Shown here: positions 47,301-59,006 of the stretch, piece by piece
How the letters are laid out: the number at the start of each line of letters is the position of its first letter
Numbering within the stretch: the stretch's first letter is position 1
Assembly: GCA_037447605.1 (NCBI GenBank)
Contig: CM074820.1
Coordinates: 1,798,001 to 1,862,000, forward strand
DNA from: Zygnema circumcarinatum SAG 698-1b
Taxonomy: Eukaryota; Plantae; Zygnematophyceae
Direction of reading: 5' to 3'
Length of the DNA stretch: 64,000 nt
Program-made: the position numbers and the translations under genes
Notes under the pieces: model-generated
Database searches by the model: none
The model's input: only the letters and a program-made list of their open reading frames with translations
What the model was told of the DNA's origin: nothing

Positions 47301-47949
47301 CCGTCATGGCGGCAAAGGCCGCCTTCTTCACCTGCTCCTTGGAGTCTCCCATGGCCTCCGACACCTTGGGAACGATCTCAGGGAGGCAGAGAGACAGCTG
47401 GCGGGGGGAGGTGTGGGAGAGCACTCCCAGCAGCACCAACGCCCCCTCTGCCGTCTTCCAGTTCTTGCGGTCCGACATGGCTTCGAACACGGAGGGCAGA
47501 AGCTGCTTCGCCGCGTAGGGGCAGAAGGAGGTGCAGAGCGCCCTCCCTGCCGCCTCCGCCGCAGTGCGAACGGCTCCGATCTTGTCCGAGTGGAGGGCGA
47601 GAACAGGGAGCAGGAGGGAGACGAGGTAGGGCTCCACGGGCCGCCCCACCTGCTCGATCAGAGCTTGGAGGGTCGCCATGGCAGCCTCCCTCGCAGGAGC
47701 GCTGTTCTTATCTGCAACGCCATGTTGGATGCGCTCCACTATCAGGTACTTCTTCACGGCGTTTGGGCCCTCTGACTTCACAAGGGAGGCGAGCTCAGAA
47801 GCGGCGGCCGAGCGCTCCTCGGGAGTGGTAGCAGCGACGATCTTCTCCCACAGAGGGAGAGACTTCTTGCTCTCGTCTGTCTCTGTCAAGGGGGGGAGGG
47901 CCACCTCCTCCACCTTCTTCACGGGGGCTGCTGCCTTCTTTGGGGCCAT
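44333..47949 (-). CDS. eEF3: Translation elongation factor 3 (eEF3, ABC-F family), copy A; two exons hidden by the gap at 45194-45203
   Basis: Exons 47949-46876 (HEAT repeats; ATTFVQQV..TLSLMVPLL.RGL), 46528-45509 (Walker A GPNGCGKST, LSGGWKMK, LLLDEPTNHLD), 44933-44333 (LSGGQKVK, LDEPTNYLD, DAFGN, Lys-rich tail). The gap flanks match copy B at ~54652 and ~55500. Confidence 0.93.
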
Positions 47950-50580
47950 CCTGTAAAATAAAAAATTTGAAACAGGGAAAATTAGTGGTGATAGAGAACG
48001 CCGGCGCACCCACTTCCTCTCCCACTCACACCGCATCACTCTGCCATTCGCTCTCCCGCTCCCTCATCCCCTCCCACTCCCGATCCAACCTCCATCTCCC
48101 TCCTACAGTAGTCCCCGCCCCCCCTCCATTCCTCTCTCCATCCAGCCACCATCTCTCACCCCCCCCTTCCTCTCTCCTTCCAGCCACCATTCCACCCCCT
48201 CCCTCTCTCCCTCCAGTCACCATCTGCCGCCCCCTCCCTCTCTCCCTCCAGCCACCATCTTCCCCCCCCCCTTCCCACTCTCCCTCCAGTCACCATCTCT
48301 CCTCCCCCCTTCCTCTCTCCCTCCAGCCACCATCTCTCCCACCCCCTCTCTCTTTCCCTCCAGCCATCATCTCTCCCCCGCCGGCAAGCAGTCGCCTCAC
48401 CTTCCCTTCCTCCCTGAGGCTGCCTCTGCGCCTCCTGTTAAGAAGCTCCGGCTACTCCCTCCCGGGAGAGCCTCCTTAAACCGTAACCCTCTCGCAGAGA
48501 GAGAGAGAAAGAGAGCGCGGATAGGAAAAGGCGAGGGAGAGAGGAAGGGAGATAGAGAGAGGGAGGAGGATGTTTGAGATGGCGAGCCTGAGCCGCCTAA
48601 AGAACAGCAGACGTCCTTTCCAAACCCTAAAAAGTAACAGGTCCCGGACTTAATTTGTATGTGTGCCGAACCCAGGCCAAACCTATCTAGGAGCTCTTTC
48701 AATGCCTTTCCGCTCGCCCCGAAGCTCTTCCGAACCTCTGGTAAGAAAAGGAAACCGTCACCAAACCTACTGTACGAAATGCCCAGCCGGATTTCGAGCC
48801 TCTTCCGAGCCTGGCAGGGAGCGGCTCTCCCGGCGTCCCCCGTACTGGGAGCGCTAGCGGCCTTGGGCGGGCCTGCCGGCGGCGGCGTCAATCTGAACCG
48901 TTGGATCGGATCGTATGATTGCCGGATTCCCTCCCTGGATGACACGTTTCTGGTTGAGAGTTCGCACCTGCAAAGACGACACTTCCTCGGGATTCGCAAA
49001 TCGCGCGAAGATTGGCGGCGGCGGCGGCGGGCAAAGTCATTACAATCCGAAATTTTTCATGTTGCCCGATGAGTTGGGCAGGATACGGGAAAACAATTTC
49101 CATACATTTTACACTGTTACGCATTTTGTGGCTCACATTGAGACTTGATGTGTAAATTGTTTGTGTTTGAAGGGTTTTTGGCAGGTTTGGAGGGTTTTGG
49201 AAGGCATGTGTCGGGAGGGTTCAGACGGAGCTGGCGGGCGGGTTGGTACGGAGAATCTTGGGCGTACGGTGGGAATCTTCAGATTCGATATCGAGACAGC
49301 TAACGGTTACCGGGTTCGTGGATTTTCGGAGGGTGCACTTTTTAGTACCGTGATTTTTCTGAACGTCTGAACTTATTACCTTTCTGTATCAAATATTCAC
49401 ACGAAGGCTTTGGGGATATTCCTCATATTCCACAGCAGGTTCGGTTTGGTCGGTCTATTCACAGAGCATGCACAACAATGCAAAGAGAAAAAGAAGCGGC
49501 AATGAAAGGATGTGGCGTTGGTCTCACGATGGCGATGATGCCATCCAATGTACATGGACAAAACCAGCATGGGGGACCACGAGGAACTGGTCGCAAAGGA
49601 CCTAAGCACAAAAGAGAAAAGTTGGGAGCTGAAAGCTACGCCTAGGCTAAACAACGCAGCCCTCCCTCAAAGCAGCCGCGAAGGTCGGCGATGTGCGGCA
49701 CATCGCGCGGCAGGAGCGGCCACATACATACATACAAGCGGGGGGCGATCAAGATTTCAATAAGCTTACAAAGAACAAGAGTGTCAAGCTAGATGCTCTG
49801 GTCTCTCCCTCACGACGAGCTACGTGAACCTCTTTCTTTTGTTCCAAATCCTAATTTTTATGAAAAGAAAATATAATAGTCTCTCTCCAGAACGACCGGA
49901 ATTCAACTGTTCTACTACCGTGCATGGAAAACAGTTTTGAAGTCATCGACACTTGCAATTGCTGAACTACAGATGATGCCTTCAAGCGAGTTCTAGCAAA
50001 CATCAAGCATGCCGTGACATGACATGAAAAGGTACAAGACGATCCAGCCATGGCATGCAAACAGAGGAGCTAAAAGCCATCTTCAGAGTATAGCCATGAC
50101 TTGCTCCAACAACTTCCAACTTCAACCATGCATTGCTTCAATTTTCTCCCAAGGAAATCCCAAACCTTGCATCATATGATTGACATAAAATCAAAGTATA
50201 AGGAGTCTCAAAATCAGCTGTTAGCAAGCAATAGCGCCAACAACCTCATGCATGCACATGCAACCTCATGCATGCTCATGCCAACTTCCAAACAAACTCC
50301 AAATCTTCAAAAAATTCTTTTTCCAATCGGCTTGCCAAGTGACAAACGGCCGGTCGGCAGGCCGGCCGGCTGCCGGCCGACAGAATCTGGAGTTAAAGGC
50401 TTAAAGATAACCGCGCCAAACTGCCGGCCGGCGCCGGTCACTATTTTGTCTGGCAGCGACGCCGGTCAACCGGCACGATCGCACAAACGGCCAAAAGTCT
50501 GCCGCCGCCGAATCGAATTTCCGACCAAATTTTTCGACGGAACAAAAACTGCCCCTTTTGCCTTGCTGTAAGTAATGAAA

Positions 50581-50820
50581 GCTTTGGGCAGATTTCAAAA
50601 CATGTACATCTGCCCGAAGACTTCCCCTTTTCCTCTAATGAAAGATTCGGGCAGGATTCAAAACAAATATATCTGCCCGGAAACTTCCACTTTTCCTTTC
50701 TGTGATGAAGGCTTCGGGCAGGTTGCAAAACATTTCCATCTGCCTGGAAACTTCCCCTTTTCCTTTCTGTGATGAATGCTTCGGGCAGATTTCAGAACAT
50801 TTCCACCTGCCCGAAAACCT
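50581..50820. repeat. Four tandem 63-67-bp units, each containing a hairpin
   Basis: Each unit has TTCGGGCAG(AT)..~15 nt..(AT)CTGCCCG(A/G)A followed by ACTTCC.CTTTTCCT; it lies between the two eEF3 promoters. Confidence 0.85.
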
Positions 50821-51235
50821 CCGCCCCGCCTTCTCCCGCGGGCCGGGAGCCGCCGTCGACCACCGGATCGGATCGCCCGCCAACCCCCGCCGCAGGGCTT
50901 TGGGCCCTTTCTAGGGTTCAGCCCGCGCTCGATCCTGCGGTTAGTCTTGCACCACGTGACACAAGGTCCACGCCCTGCCGTACACGTGGCAGCTTAAATT
51001 CGTGGACAGTCTGCCACGTGGAGACGAAGCAACTTTTTCGAACATTTTCTGTCGCTTTTCTGAGGATTTGCGCGATCGTGGCCGTCCATTTTGGCGGCGT
51101 CACACGCGAGGAGGGATCGTGGCCGTCGGATCGTGTCCACGAGTGCCACGTGGGGAATATTGTCCACGAGCCTCCAGCCAATCAGAGTGCTTCGAAAGAG
51201 GCCTGGAAAGAGGCCCGGGAATCCGGCCCTTTGAG

Positions 51236-51243
51236 TATAAATA
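51236..51243 (+). promoter_or_regulatory. TATA box of eEF3 copy B
   Basis: TATAAATA ahead of a 5'UTR exon (donor at 51398) and a 5'UTR intron ending at 51899, 6 nt before the ATG. Confidence 0.55.
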
Positions 51244-51905
51244 GTTGTCCGGAACTACAAGTGTCATCTGTTTGGGAGTTGGGTTAAGATAAAGAAACAG
51301 AGCAGGAGAGAGAAGGAAGGTAGCGGCGGCGGCGGCTGCTCTCTGCGAGAGGAGGAGAACGCAGAGGAGGGGCTGTGCCTGCAGCTGCACCGGCAAGGTG
51401 GGTGAACAGACTGAGAGGTGGGGGGGTAAAAGGAGGGAGAGATGGGAGGTAAACGTGGGAGGGATCTAGGGAGGGTCGTAGGGAGGTAGGGATAGGAGGG
51501 CAGCGAGGGAGTGGGATTGCGTAGGAAGGGTAAGAAGGGGGCTATGCTAGGTGATAATGGCTGGGGGAACGGGAGTGTCAGAGAGCTGGAGAGTTGAAGA
51601 CAAGGCAGAGGAGGGAAGTTCGCGGATACAAAGAGTTAAAAAGTTCCGAAATAGGGAGAGATAAGTCTTGATATTTTAGGAAGGGCCTAGGAGGAAGGGA
51701 AATGCCGGCGGATAGGAAGAGAAATAGGGATGCTGGATATGGGAGGCAGATGGTGTAAGTATAAATGGATTGGAGTAGAAAAAGAGGGATAAGAGCTCAG
51801 TGGTTGAATCTGACGGTTGTAGTTGTAGGGATTTTATTTTCTGTTTGTGATACGGTTTGCCGTCCTTGTTTTTTGACCGTTCTGTATGTATTTGTGCAGG
51901 TCGTA

Positions 51906-54900
51906 ATGGCCCCAAAGAAGGCAGCAGCCCCCGTGAAGAAGGTGGAGGAGGTGGTCCTCCCCCCCTTGACAGAGACAGACGAGAGCAAGAAGTCTCTCCC
52001 TCTGTGGGAGAAGATCGTCGCTGCTACCACTCCCGAGGATCGCTCGGCCGCCGCCTCTGAGCTCGCCTCCCTTGTGAAGTCAGAGGGCCCCAAAGCCGTG
52101 AAGAAGTACCTGATAGTGGAGCGCATCCAGCATGGAGTTGCAGATAAGAACAGCGCCCCTGCGAGGGAGGCCGCCATGGCGACCCTCCAAGCTCTGATCG
52201 AGCAGGTGGGGCGGCCCGTGGAGCCCTACCTCGTCTCCCTCCTGCTCCCTGTTCTCGCCCTTCACTCGGACAAGATCGGAGCCGTTCGCACTGCGGCGGA
52301 GGCGGCAGGGAGGGCGCTCTGCACCTCCTTCTGCCCCTACGCGGCGAAGCAGCTTCTGCCCTCCGTGTTCGAAGCCATGTCGGACCGCAAGAACTGGAAG
52401 ACGGCAGAGGGGGCGCTGGTGCTGCTGGGAGTGCTCTCCCACACCTCCCCCCGCCAGCTGTCTCTCTGCCTCCCTGAGATCGTTCCCAAGGTGTCGGAGG
52501 CCATGGGAGACTCCAAGGAGCAGGTGAAGAAGGCGGCCTTTGCCGCCATGACGGAGTCCTGCGGAGCCATTGGGAATCGTGATATTGAAGCCTTTGTTCC
52601 GGCTCTGGTGAGTTCCATTGCGAGGCCCCAGGAGGTGCCGGAGTGCGTGCACAAGCTGTCGGCCACCACCTTCGTGCAGCAGGTGAACTCGGCCACGCTC
52701 TCGCTCATGGTGCCCCTGCTGCAGCGCGGGCTCAAGGAGAGGGCTCCGGCTATCAAGAGGAAGTCGGCGATCATCATTGAGAACATGAGCAAGCTTATTG
52801 ACGACCCGGTGGACGCGGCTCCCTTCCTGCCCAAGCTCCTGCCCGGCCTGGAGCTGGTCAGCAACGAGGCGGCGGACCCTGAGATCAGAAACGTGGCTTC
52901 GAAGGCGCACAAAATTTTGGACCAAGTGGGACAGGAGGCGGCGGAGCAGCTGCAGACGCAGCTCAGGGGCGAGGAGCTGGTCAGTGCTCGCGCTGCCTTT
53001 ACCTTGCTGTTTCTTTTGGACTGCTCTTTCTCTATGTATATACTTTTGTCATGCATTTTCTGCTGCTGGTGTGATCGCAGTTAGTTTTTTTAACAAATAA
53101 AACTCCTTGGTGCTCCTTTGATGGGCGAAGGACGGCTTGCGATCAGATGTGCAGTTGCGGATGTTTTTTTTTTGTTTTGCTTACAGTGTATTAGGGGATG
53201 GGGGATGCGAATGGTTCTGAACCGTCTGCTCCCGCAATTGGGTCTCACTCATTTCCTCTGATATGTCATGTCGTGAAAGAGAATTGACGTGCCTCGTGCC
53301 AATTGTTCCGACTTTTCTCTGTTGCAGAGGAAGGTGGTGCGCTCCATCCTGAAGGACGTGGTGTCTTCCAGCTCCTCGGTTCAAGCAGACGAGGAGGCGG
53401 AGTTGGCCTTCGACTACATCGCGAGCATGTGCTCAGAGATGATCACCTTCAAGCTGTTCGAGCCCGAGGACTGGTCCGCCTGCGTGAAGGCCTCGCTGCT
53501 CCCCTTCATGTCGGAGGAGGACGCCGACGTTATAGTGACAAAGTTTCTTGAGCGATGCGTTGCCGACTACGAGTCGAGAAAGGTGAAGGTGATGGAGGAC
53601 GAGGACGAGTCGGAGCCCGACCTCTGCAACGTGGAGTTCAGTTTGGCCTACGGAGGCAAAATTTTGCTGAACAATGCGAATTTGTGGCTGAAGAGAGGGC
53701 GGCGGTACGGGCTTTGCGGGCCCAATGGGTGCGGGAAGTCGACTCTGATGCGAGCCATTGCAAACGGGCAGCTGGACGGCTTCCCTCCGCCCGAAGAGCT
53801 GCGCACTGTGTATGTGGAGCACGACTTGGACGCGTCGGTGGCGGAAATGGCGGTGGTGGAGTTGGTGCTAAACGAGCCCCTCCTTTCGGGCTTAGAGAAG
53901 TCTCATGTGGAGAGCGTATTGTCAAGTGTGGGCTTCTCGGACGAGATGCAGCAGGGCCCTGTGGCCGCCCTCTCAGGAGGGTGGAAGATGAAGCTGGCAT
54001 TGGCCCGGGCCATTCTCATGAAGGCGGACATTCTGCTTCTGGACGAGCCCACCAACCACTTGGACGTGAAGAACGTGGCTTGGCTGGTCAACTACCTCAC
54101 CACTCTCAAGGGGGTTTCCTCCATGATTGTATCCCACGACTCGGGCTTTCTGGACAATGTCTGCACAGACATCATCCACTACGAGAACCGCAAATTGAAG
54201 CAGTACCGCGGAAACCTGTCCAAGTTTGTGGAGCAGAAGCCCGAGGCGCGGGTGTACTATGAGCTGTCGGAGGCGGCCATCAAGTTCACGTTTCCCGAGC
54301 CGGGCTACCTCGAAGGCATCAAGACCAAGGACAAAGCGCTGCTCAAGGTGGGTTTGGGTTTTTGCAAATGCTGCTGCTGGCGGAGATGACTGCGTTGTTA
54401 AATGATGTTGTGTTTGGAGGTGGGGATAGCTGTTTTTTTTTTATTAATGCCTTTTTGTTTTCGATGGATGTACAATTTCGAAAGCGAATTTCGAAAGCGG
54501 GGCGATTAAGGGCTAACAAATGAAACTAGTTCACTTAGATTTTGCGGACGAAGCTGAAGCTGAAGCCCTCGGGCGGCTAATTTTGTCGTTGTTTTATATG
54601 GGTTTTGGCTGAAGTGGTTAGGAAACCATGTGGTTGGTTTACTAAGGGTGGGTCTTTGCTTCTTCTTTCCTCCAGATGCAAAGAGTGAACTTCACTTACC
54701 CCGGAGCGTTGAAGCAGACTCTCTATGACATCACAGTGCAGTGCTCTCTGTCGAGTCGTGTGGCTGTGATTGGTCCCAACGGAGCCGGCAAGTCCACTCT
54801 CATCAAGCTGCTCACCGGCGAGCTTGAGGCAGAGGTACGCTTTTGCTTCTCTCAACCCTTTCGTCCTTTTTACTACAGTCAAAAGGTGGCGATTGATGGT

Positions 54901-56015
54901 CTGTTCCTGCATGACTTTATATCAGTCAATCTGATGAATCATTGCTTGTTGTTTTGTACGATGGTGCAGGAGGGCATGGTGTGGAAGCACCCCAACATGC
55001 GCGTTGCCTACGTGGCACAGCACGCCTTCCACCACGTGGAGCAGCACTTGGACATGACCCCCAACGAGTACATCCGGTGGCGGTACGCCTTCGGAGAGGA
55101 CCGGGAGGAGCAGCAGAAGGTGAACCGCAAGCTGAAGGAGGATGAGGAGAAGAAGTTGGCGGAGAAGGTGGTGGTGGACGGAACAAAGAGGGTGGTCGAC
55201 TGCCTCCTCGGTCGGCGCAAGCTGAAGAAGAGCTACGAGTACGAGGTGCAGTGGAAGAACGGCACTGAGACTACGTGGCTCGGCCGCGACACGTGAGTGC
55301 TCTCCCTCTCCCTCTCCCACTCCCACTTCCCTTCCTCTGCGTGCTTTTTCGAGGGTAGGTTCTGGCCTGCTGTAGAGAGTAGAACTGGGAGACCAGTCAA
55401 GGAGGCCTTGAGTTATTTGGGCTTGTGGTCTACTGCCAGTCTAGGGACGGCGAGGGGGTGGGTGGTGAACATAGGCACTGGGGGTGTCTGAAGCCGATGA
55501 TAGATGGCAGTCATTTGCGAGTCCGGTCTTCGATAGCTGCATGCATGACGTGAATGACTGGTTGTAGAAACACTATCTTACCTATGTCGCTCATTGTTGA
55601 TAGATTGATAGAGATAGAGAAGGATACACAGATAACGACCGCTAGAAGGAAGGAGGACAAGGCTATTTAGCTCGAATTCAGTTTGGGATCGCTGCACTGT
55701 CGTAGCTGGTATGCTGAAGTTCCGGTTGGTGGATGTGTGCTTGCTTGTCCCGTGCCCAGGCTGGAGGAGATGGGGTTCGTGAAGCTGGTGAACGAGATCG
55801 ACGCGAAGGAGGCCGCCCGGCAGGGGCTGATCACGCGGCCGCTGACCATCGCCGCCGTGCAGAAGCACTTGGAGGAGTTCGGGCTCGAGCCGGAGTTCGG
55901 CACCCACAGCCGCATCCGCGGGCTGTCGGGCGGGCAGAAGGTGAAGGTGGTCCTGGGCGCCGCCATGTGGAACTGCCCCCACATGCTCGTCCTGGACGAG
56001 CCCACCAACTACCTC
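51906..56015 (+). CDS. eEF3: Translation elongation factor 3 (eEF3), copy B; 3' end truncated at a contig break
   Basis: Exons 51906-52979, 53328-54347, 54676-54834 (second Walker A GPNGAGKST), 54970-55292 (chromodomain-like GRRKLKKSYEYEVQWK), 55760-56015. A composite of copies A and B gives ~1058 aa, the usual eEF3 size. Confidence 0.93.
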
Positions 56016-56021
56016 TACCTC

Positions 56022-56140
56022 AGCAATACGTAACCCCGAANNNNNNNNNNNNNNNNNNNNNNNNNNNNNNNNNNNNNNNNNNNNNNNNNNNNNNNNNNNN
56101 NNNNNNNNNNNNNNNNNNNNNNNNNNNNNNNNNNNNNNNN
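56022..56140. other. Probable Oxford Nanopore adapter remnant followed by a 100-N scaffold gap
   Basis: AGCAATACGTAAC (56022-56034) is the reverse complement of the ligation-adapter end GTTACGTATTGCT, located where identity to copy A stops. Confidence 0.75.
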
Positions 56141-57244
56141 CGGGTTCGAGTCAGGTTTCCGTTGAGATCCGCCGTTGTACCACACTGAGATTTTTACTTG
56201 GAAGTTGGTTACATGGTACAGGCAGCGCCTTTTCTCTGGGCCCATGTAGGGGAGCACGGGTATGATCGTCATATGTGGATGTATGTATGGTAGTGCATGC
56301 ATGCATATATACATGTCTGCATGCCTGTATGTATGTATGCATGTATGTATGTATGTTTGTATTCATGTGCATGTATGCATGGTAGTGTCCACGACAATGA
56401 TGATGTGTGATGTTCTTCTGCCACCCATATACTCCATAATGCCTGCTCTATATGCTCGAAAAATAACTCAGAAGTAACCAGGTGGCTCATTTTCGTCTTT
56501 TAAAGTCACGTTCCATTGGTTAAATACCTCCGCTTAGTTACCAACTCGTCCTTTTAATGGGTGGCAGATGATATATGAATAATTTATATAGAGGTCAAAT
56601 TGTTCAACATGAACGATTTTGATCAGGCAAGAATGCCCGAAAACACAGGCGGTACAAAACTTCCCCCAAAACCATCTTCAGCCGGAAATGTCTTAATTTT
56701 ATTTCGCCGCAATTCTGATTCAATATCATTAGACCCTTTGAATGGCGAATATTCAGGTCGCATGGGAACGCTTCAAAGTGAAATATTAGATTTGTTGTGA
56801 GAGCATTCGCTGAATTTGTTTCGAATGGTTTGCAGTGCAAAGTGCTTTTGGAGAATCTCCTTCGATCCTTCTGCTTGCCGTGTCTTCTCGTACGCCACTC
56901 TCGCCGTCTGTCTCAGCCATACTTTATGCAAACACTCCGGGTTCACATACAACAAATACAACAGGATTTAGCAGTGCCACTCAGCTGAATCTGCCTGCAC
57001 TATCCCGCCTTTTCTCCTTGTCCCATTAGCAGCACATCTCTGACTACCGAAAGCCCCACCCCAGCTCGCTACACAGTGTCCCTAGTGTGAGTATGGAGGT
57101 TGATAGCTGCTTTGCTCACAAGCAGCTATGTAGGTGCGGCAATGCGTGACCTTAGTCATGCTTGCCGGCGTGCAAGGGCCAGATCGTAGGTGAAGGGGAC
57201 TCCGTGCCCCTTCCCCGTTTCAGTCCCCTCCTACGGCCCTTAGC

Positions 57245-58086
57245 CAGGGTTTCGTCAAATAGGGATTTCGGCTTAAGATAGGGGACTGTCCCTTAAATTG
57301 GTTTTGTAAAAACACGCAAATATGGACTGTACGAACGAAACCGTACACGTATGGACGAGACAGGAATAGAGGAAGACAGGAATTGTTTGGGAGAAAGACG
57401 AGTTTCGAAAGAGGTTGACAGACTTTTCATTGGAAGGCATTCTTCATTGCAAACAGTTTGATACTAAGACCGCTCTTCGAGGGTCTCTTTGAGTAGTTTG
57501 CATCACTTCTATAGCTGTCTTGTTCAGCCTAAAAGTCCTAAGGGAGTGGGACCATTTTTCATTTCATTTCTAATTTTAGTTCCTATTTCAGTTTTTCTTT
57601 TGTGACTACACCTAGAATTTCAGAGGTTATGATTTGGAATAGAGTTTTTGTGAGGAAATTTCAAGACTATGATGGATTCTGAAGTGGTACTTGGAGTAAT
57701 TAATGATGGATGGAAAAGGAAATAGAGAGCTTAGGATTGGATCTACAAAGTTTTCGAGCAATTGGGTTTTTGAATAAGCAACTATATGTTGTGATTGCCA
57801 AATGCACAGTTGTTCTAATTGATTGGTAAAATTTACCAATCTATAAAAGTCGAAGAGGTTGCACCAGTTTCTAAAGCCATGTTGTAATACCAACAAGAAA
57901 AGTTCATATACATCATTGCTATTGTGGTTGCAAATGCAATTCATTTCCTTTTTGTTTTTAACCAAAAAAATGCTTTTTTGGGGCTTGTGTGGTATTTAAG
58001 TTGAAATCACGTAAACTAATCTCAATATCTTACATAAATAAGCTATTTACGATATTTAGGGGATCTCCCCTATTTGACGAACCCTG
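57245..58086. mobile_element. Non-autonomous hAT-superfamily element (MITE-like), 842 bp
   Basis: TIRs CAGGGTTTCGTCAAATAGGG / CCCTATTTGACGAACCCTG; exact 8-bp TSD CCCTTAGC at 57237-57244 and 58087-58094. Confidence 0.9.
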
Positions 58087-58856
58087 CCCTTAGCCGTTTC
58101 CGGCTGCCGTGTGGGCCCCGGCCGCGAAGCCGTCCTCGCTGCCGTCCGCGCTCCCGTTCGCGCGTGTGCTCCAACTTGTCCCCCGTCCGTACAAGCGCCG
58201 CGTTGCGTTTCGTCACGTCACGGTCCCAGAACTTGTCACGTCCCGTGTTGGCGCGACCAAACTTGTCGCTTCACGTCCGCGCCTAGTTCTTGTCCTCTCG
58301 AGAGTCTATGTCCCAACAACGTTGTACGGTCTCTAGTTCCGTAAAACAAGTGGCAGTGCGTTGCGTTGGAGAGTGAGGGTCCTCCACTCCCCCTCCCTCA
58401 CAGGCGGCCCCATAAAGCCCATATGCAAATAATGTACTTCCAGGTGTGTACCTCTATCGGCTCTATCCAAAAAGTAGCGCTACTTGAAAGGTACAATGAC
58501 TCAATGAAGGTTATGTGACCTTCCTGTTTTGTTGGACCTTGGTATGAAGACGCTGCATGTCTGTTTGGCACAAAGAACTCAGAGCACAACACACACATGC
58601 CCATGCCCAACAGCGCCAAATGTTTGTGGTGCACAATGTTGGGTCAAGCATGAAAGTGAACTGCATGATGGTGTGAATGCTATTGCTTACACAAGTGGAT
58701 TTGAAGGTCTCCTTTTTGGGCCCAAACCCGAGCAGAAGGGTATGGTGCATGCCAAGCTCACAAACAGGGTTGAATGGACAGATAGATGGACACCAGATGT
58801 TGAGCTCATGTAAAAAAAAACATTATTTTAATATTTTAACTTACATCTCTAAAACA

Positions 58857-58973
58857 TGGTGCGATCATACCTAGGCTCCTACGCCAGAGCCCATCAGAAC
58901 TCCGCAGCTAAGCCCTATGGTCCGGAATAGTAGTGGGATGGGTGACCTCCCGGGAAGTCCCGGTGTCGCACCC
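58857..58973 (+). rRNA. 5S rRNA: Solitary 5S rRNA gene or recent pseudogene
   Basis: GGTGCGATCATACC..CCCATCAGAACTCCGCAG.TAAGC..CCGGAATAGTA.TGGGATGGGTGACCTCCCGGGAAGTCCCGGTG; terminal stem GGTGCGA/TCGCACC is perfect; helix V CCGG/CCGG intact; only a TTT run follows. Confidence 0.88.
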
Positions 58974-59006
58974 ACAATTTGCTCCATATTACATTAAAGG
59001 GACGCA

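Noticed and set aside
50581-50820. CRISPR-like array
   Set aside because: The whole units are similar, with no unique spacers; no cas genes; eukaryotic context.
46876-52979. eEF3 inverted pair as a fold-back read artefact
   Set aside because: The differences are mostly synonymous, the leaders are unrelated, and the spacer is ~3.9 kb of unique sequence. Mis-scaffolded haplotypes remain possible and are listed as a test.
44199-55326. Alternative-frame and antisense ORFs overlapping eEF3
   Set aside because: These are shadows of GC3-rich coding sequence.
56141-56200. tRNA suggested by GGGTTCGAGTC
   Set aside because: It is only a T-loop-like motif at a gap edge, with no cloverleaf or acceptor stem.
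57627-57965. ORF as a hAT transposase
   Set aside because: Too short, and no BED finger, DDE or dimerisation motifs recognised.
58857-58973. Cassandra TRIM retrotransposon
   Set aside because: The 5S sequence is nearly full length with an intact terminal stem, and no second LTR copy, PBS or PPT is evident.
11526-58973. Functional clustering of translation genes (RPL27A, Bfr1-like, eEF3, 5S) or plastid genes
   Set aside because: Both categories are common in a compact genome; there is no evidence of co-regulation without synteny data.
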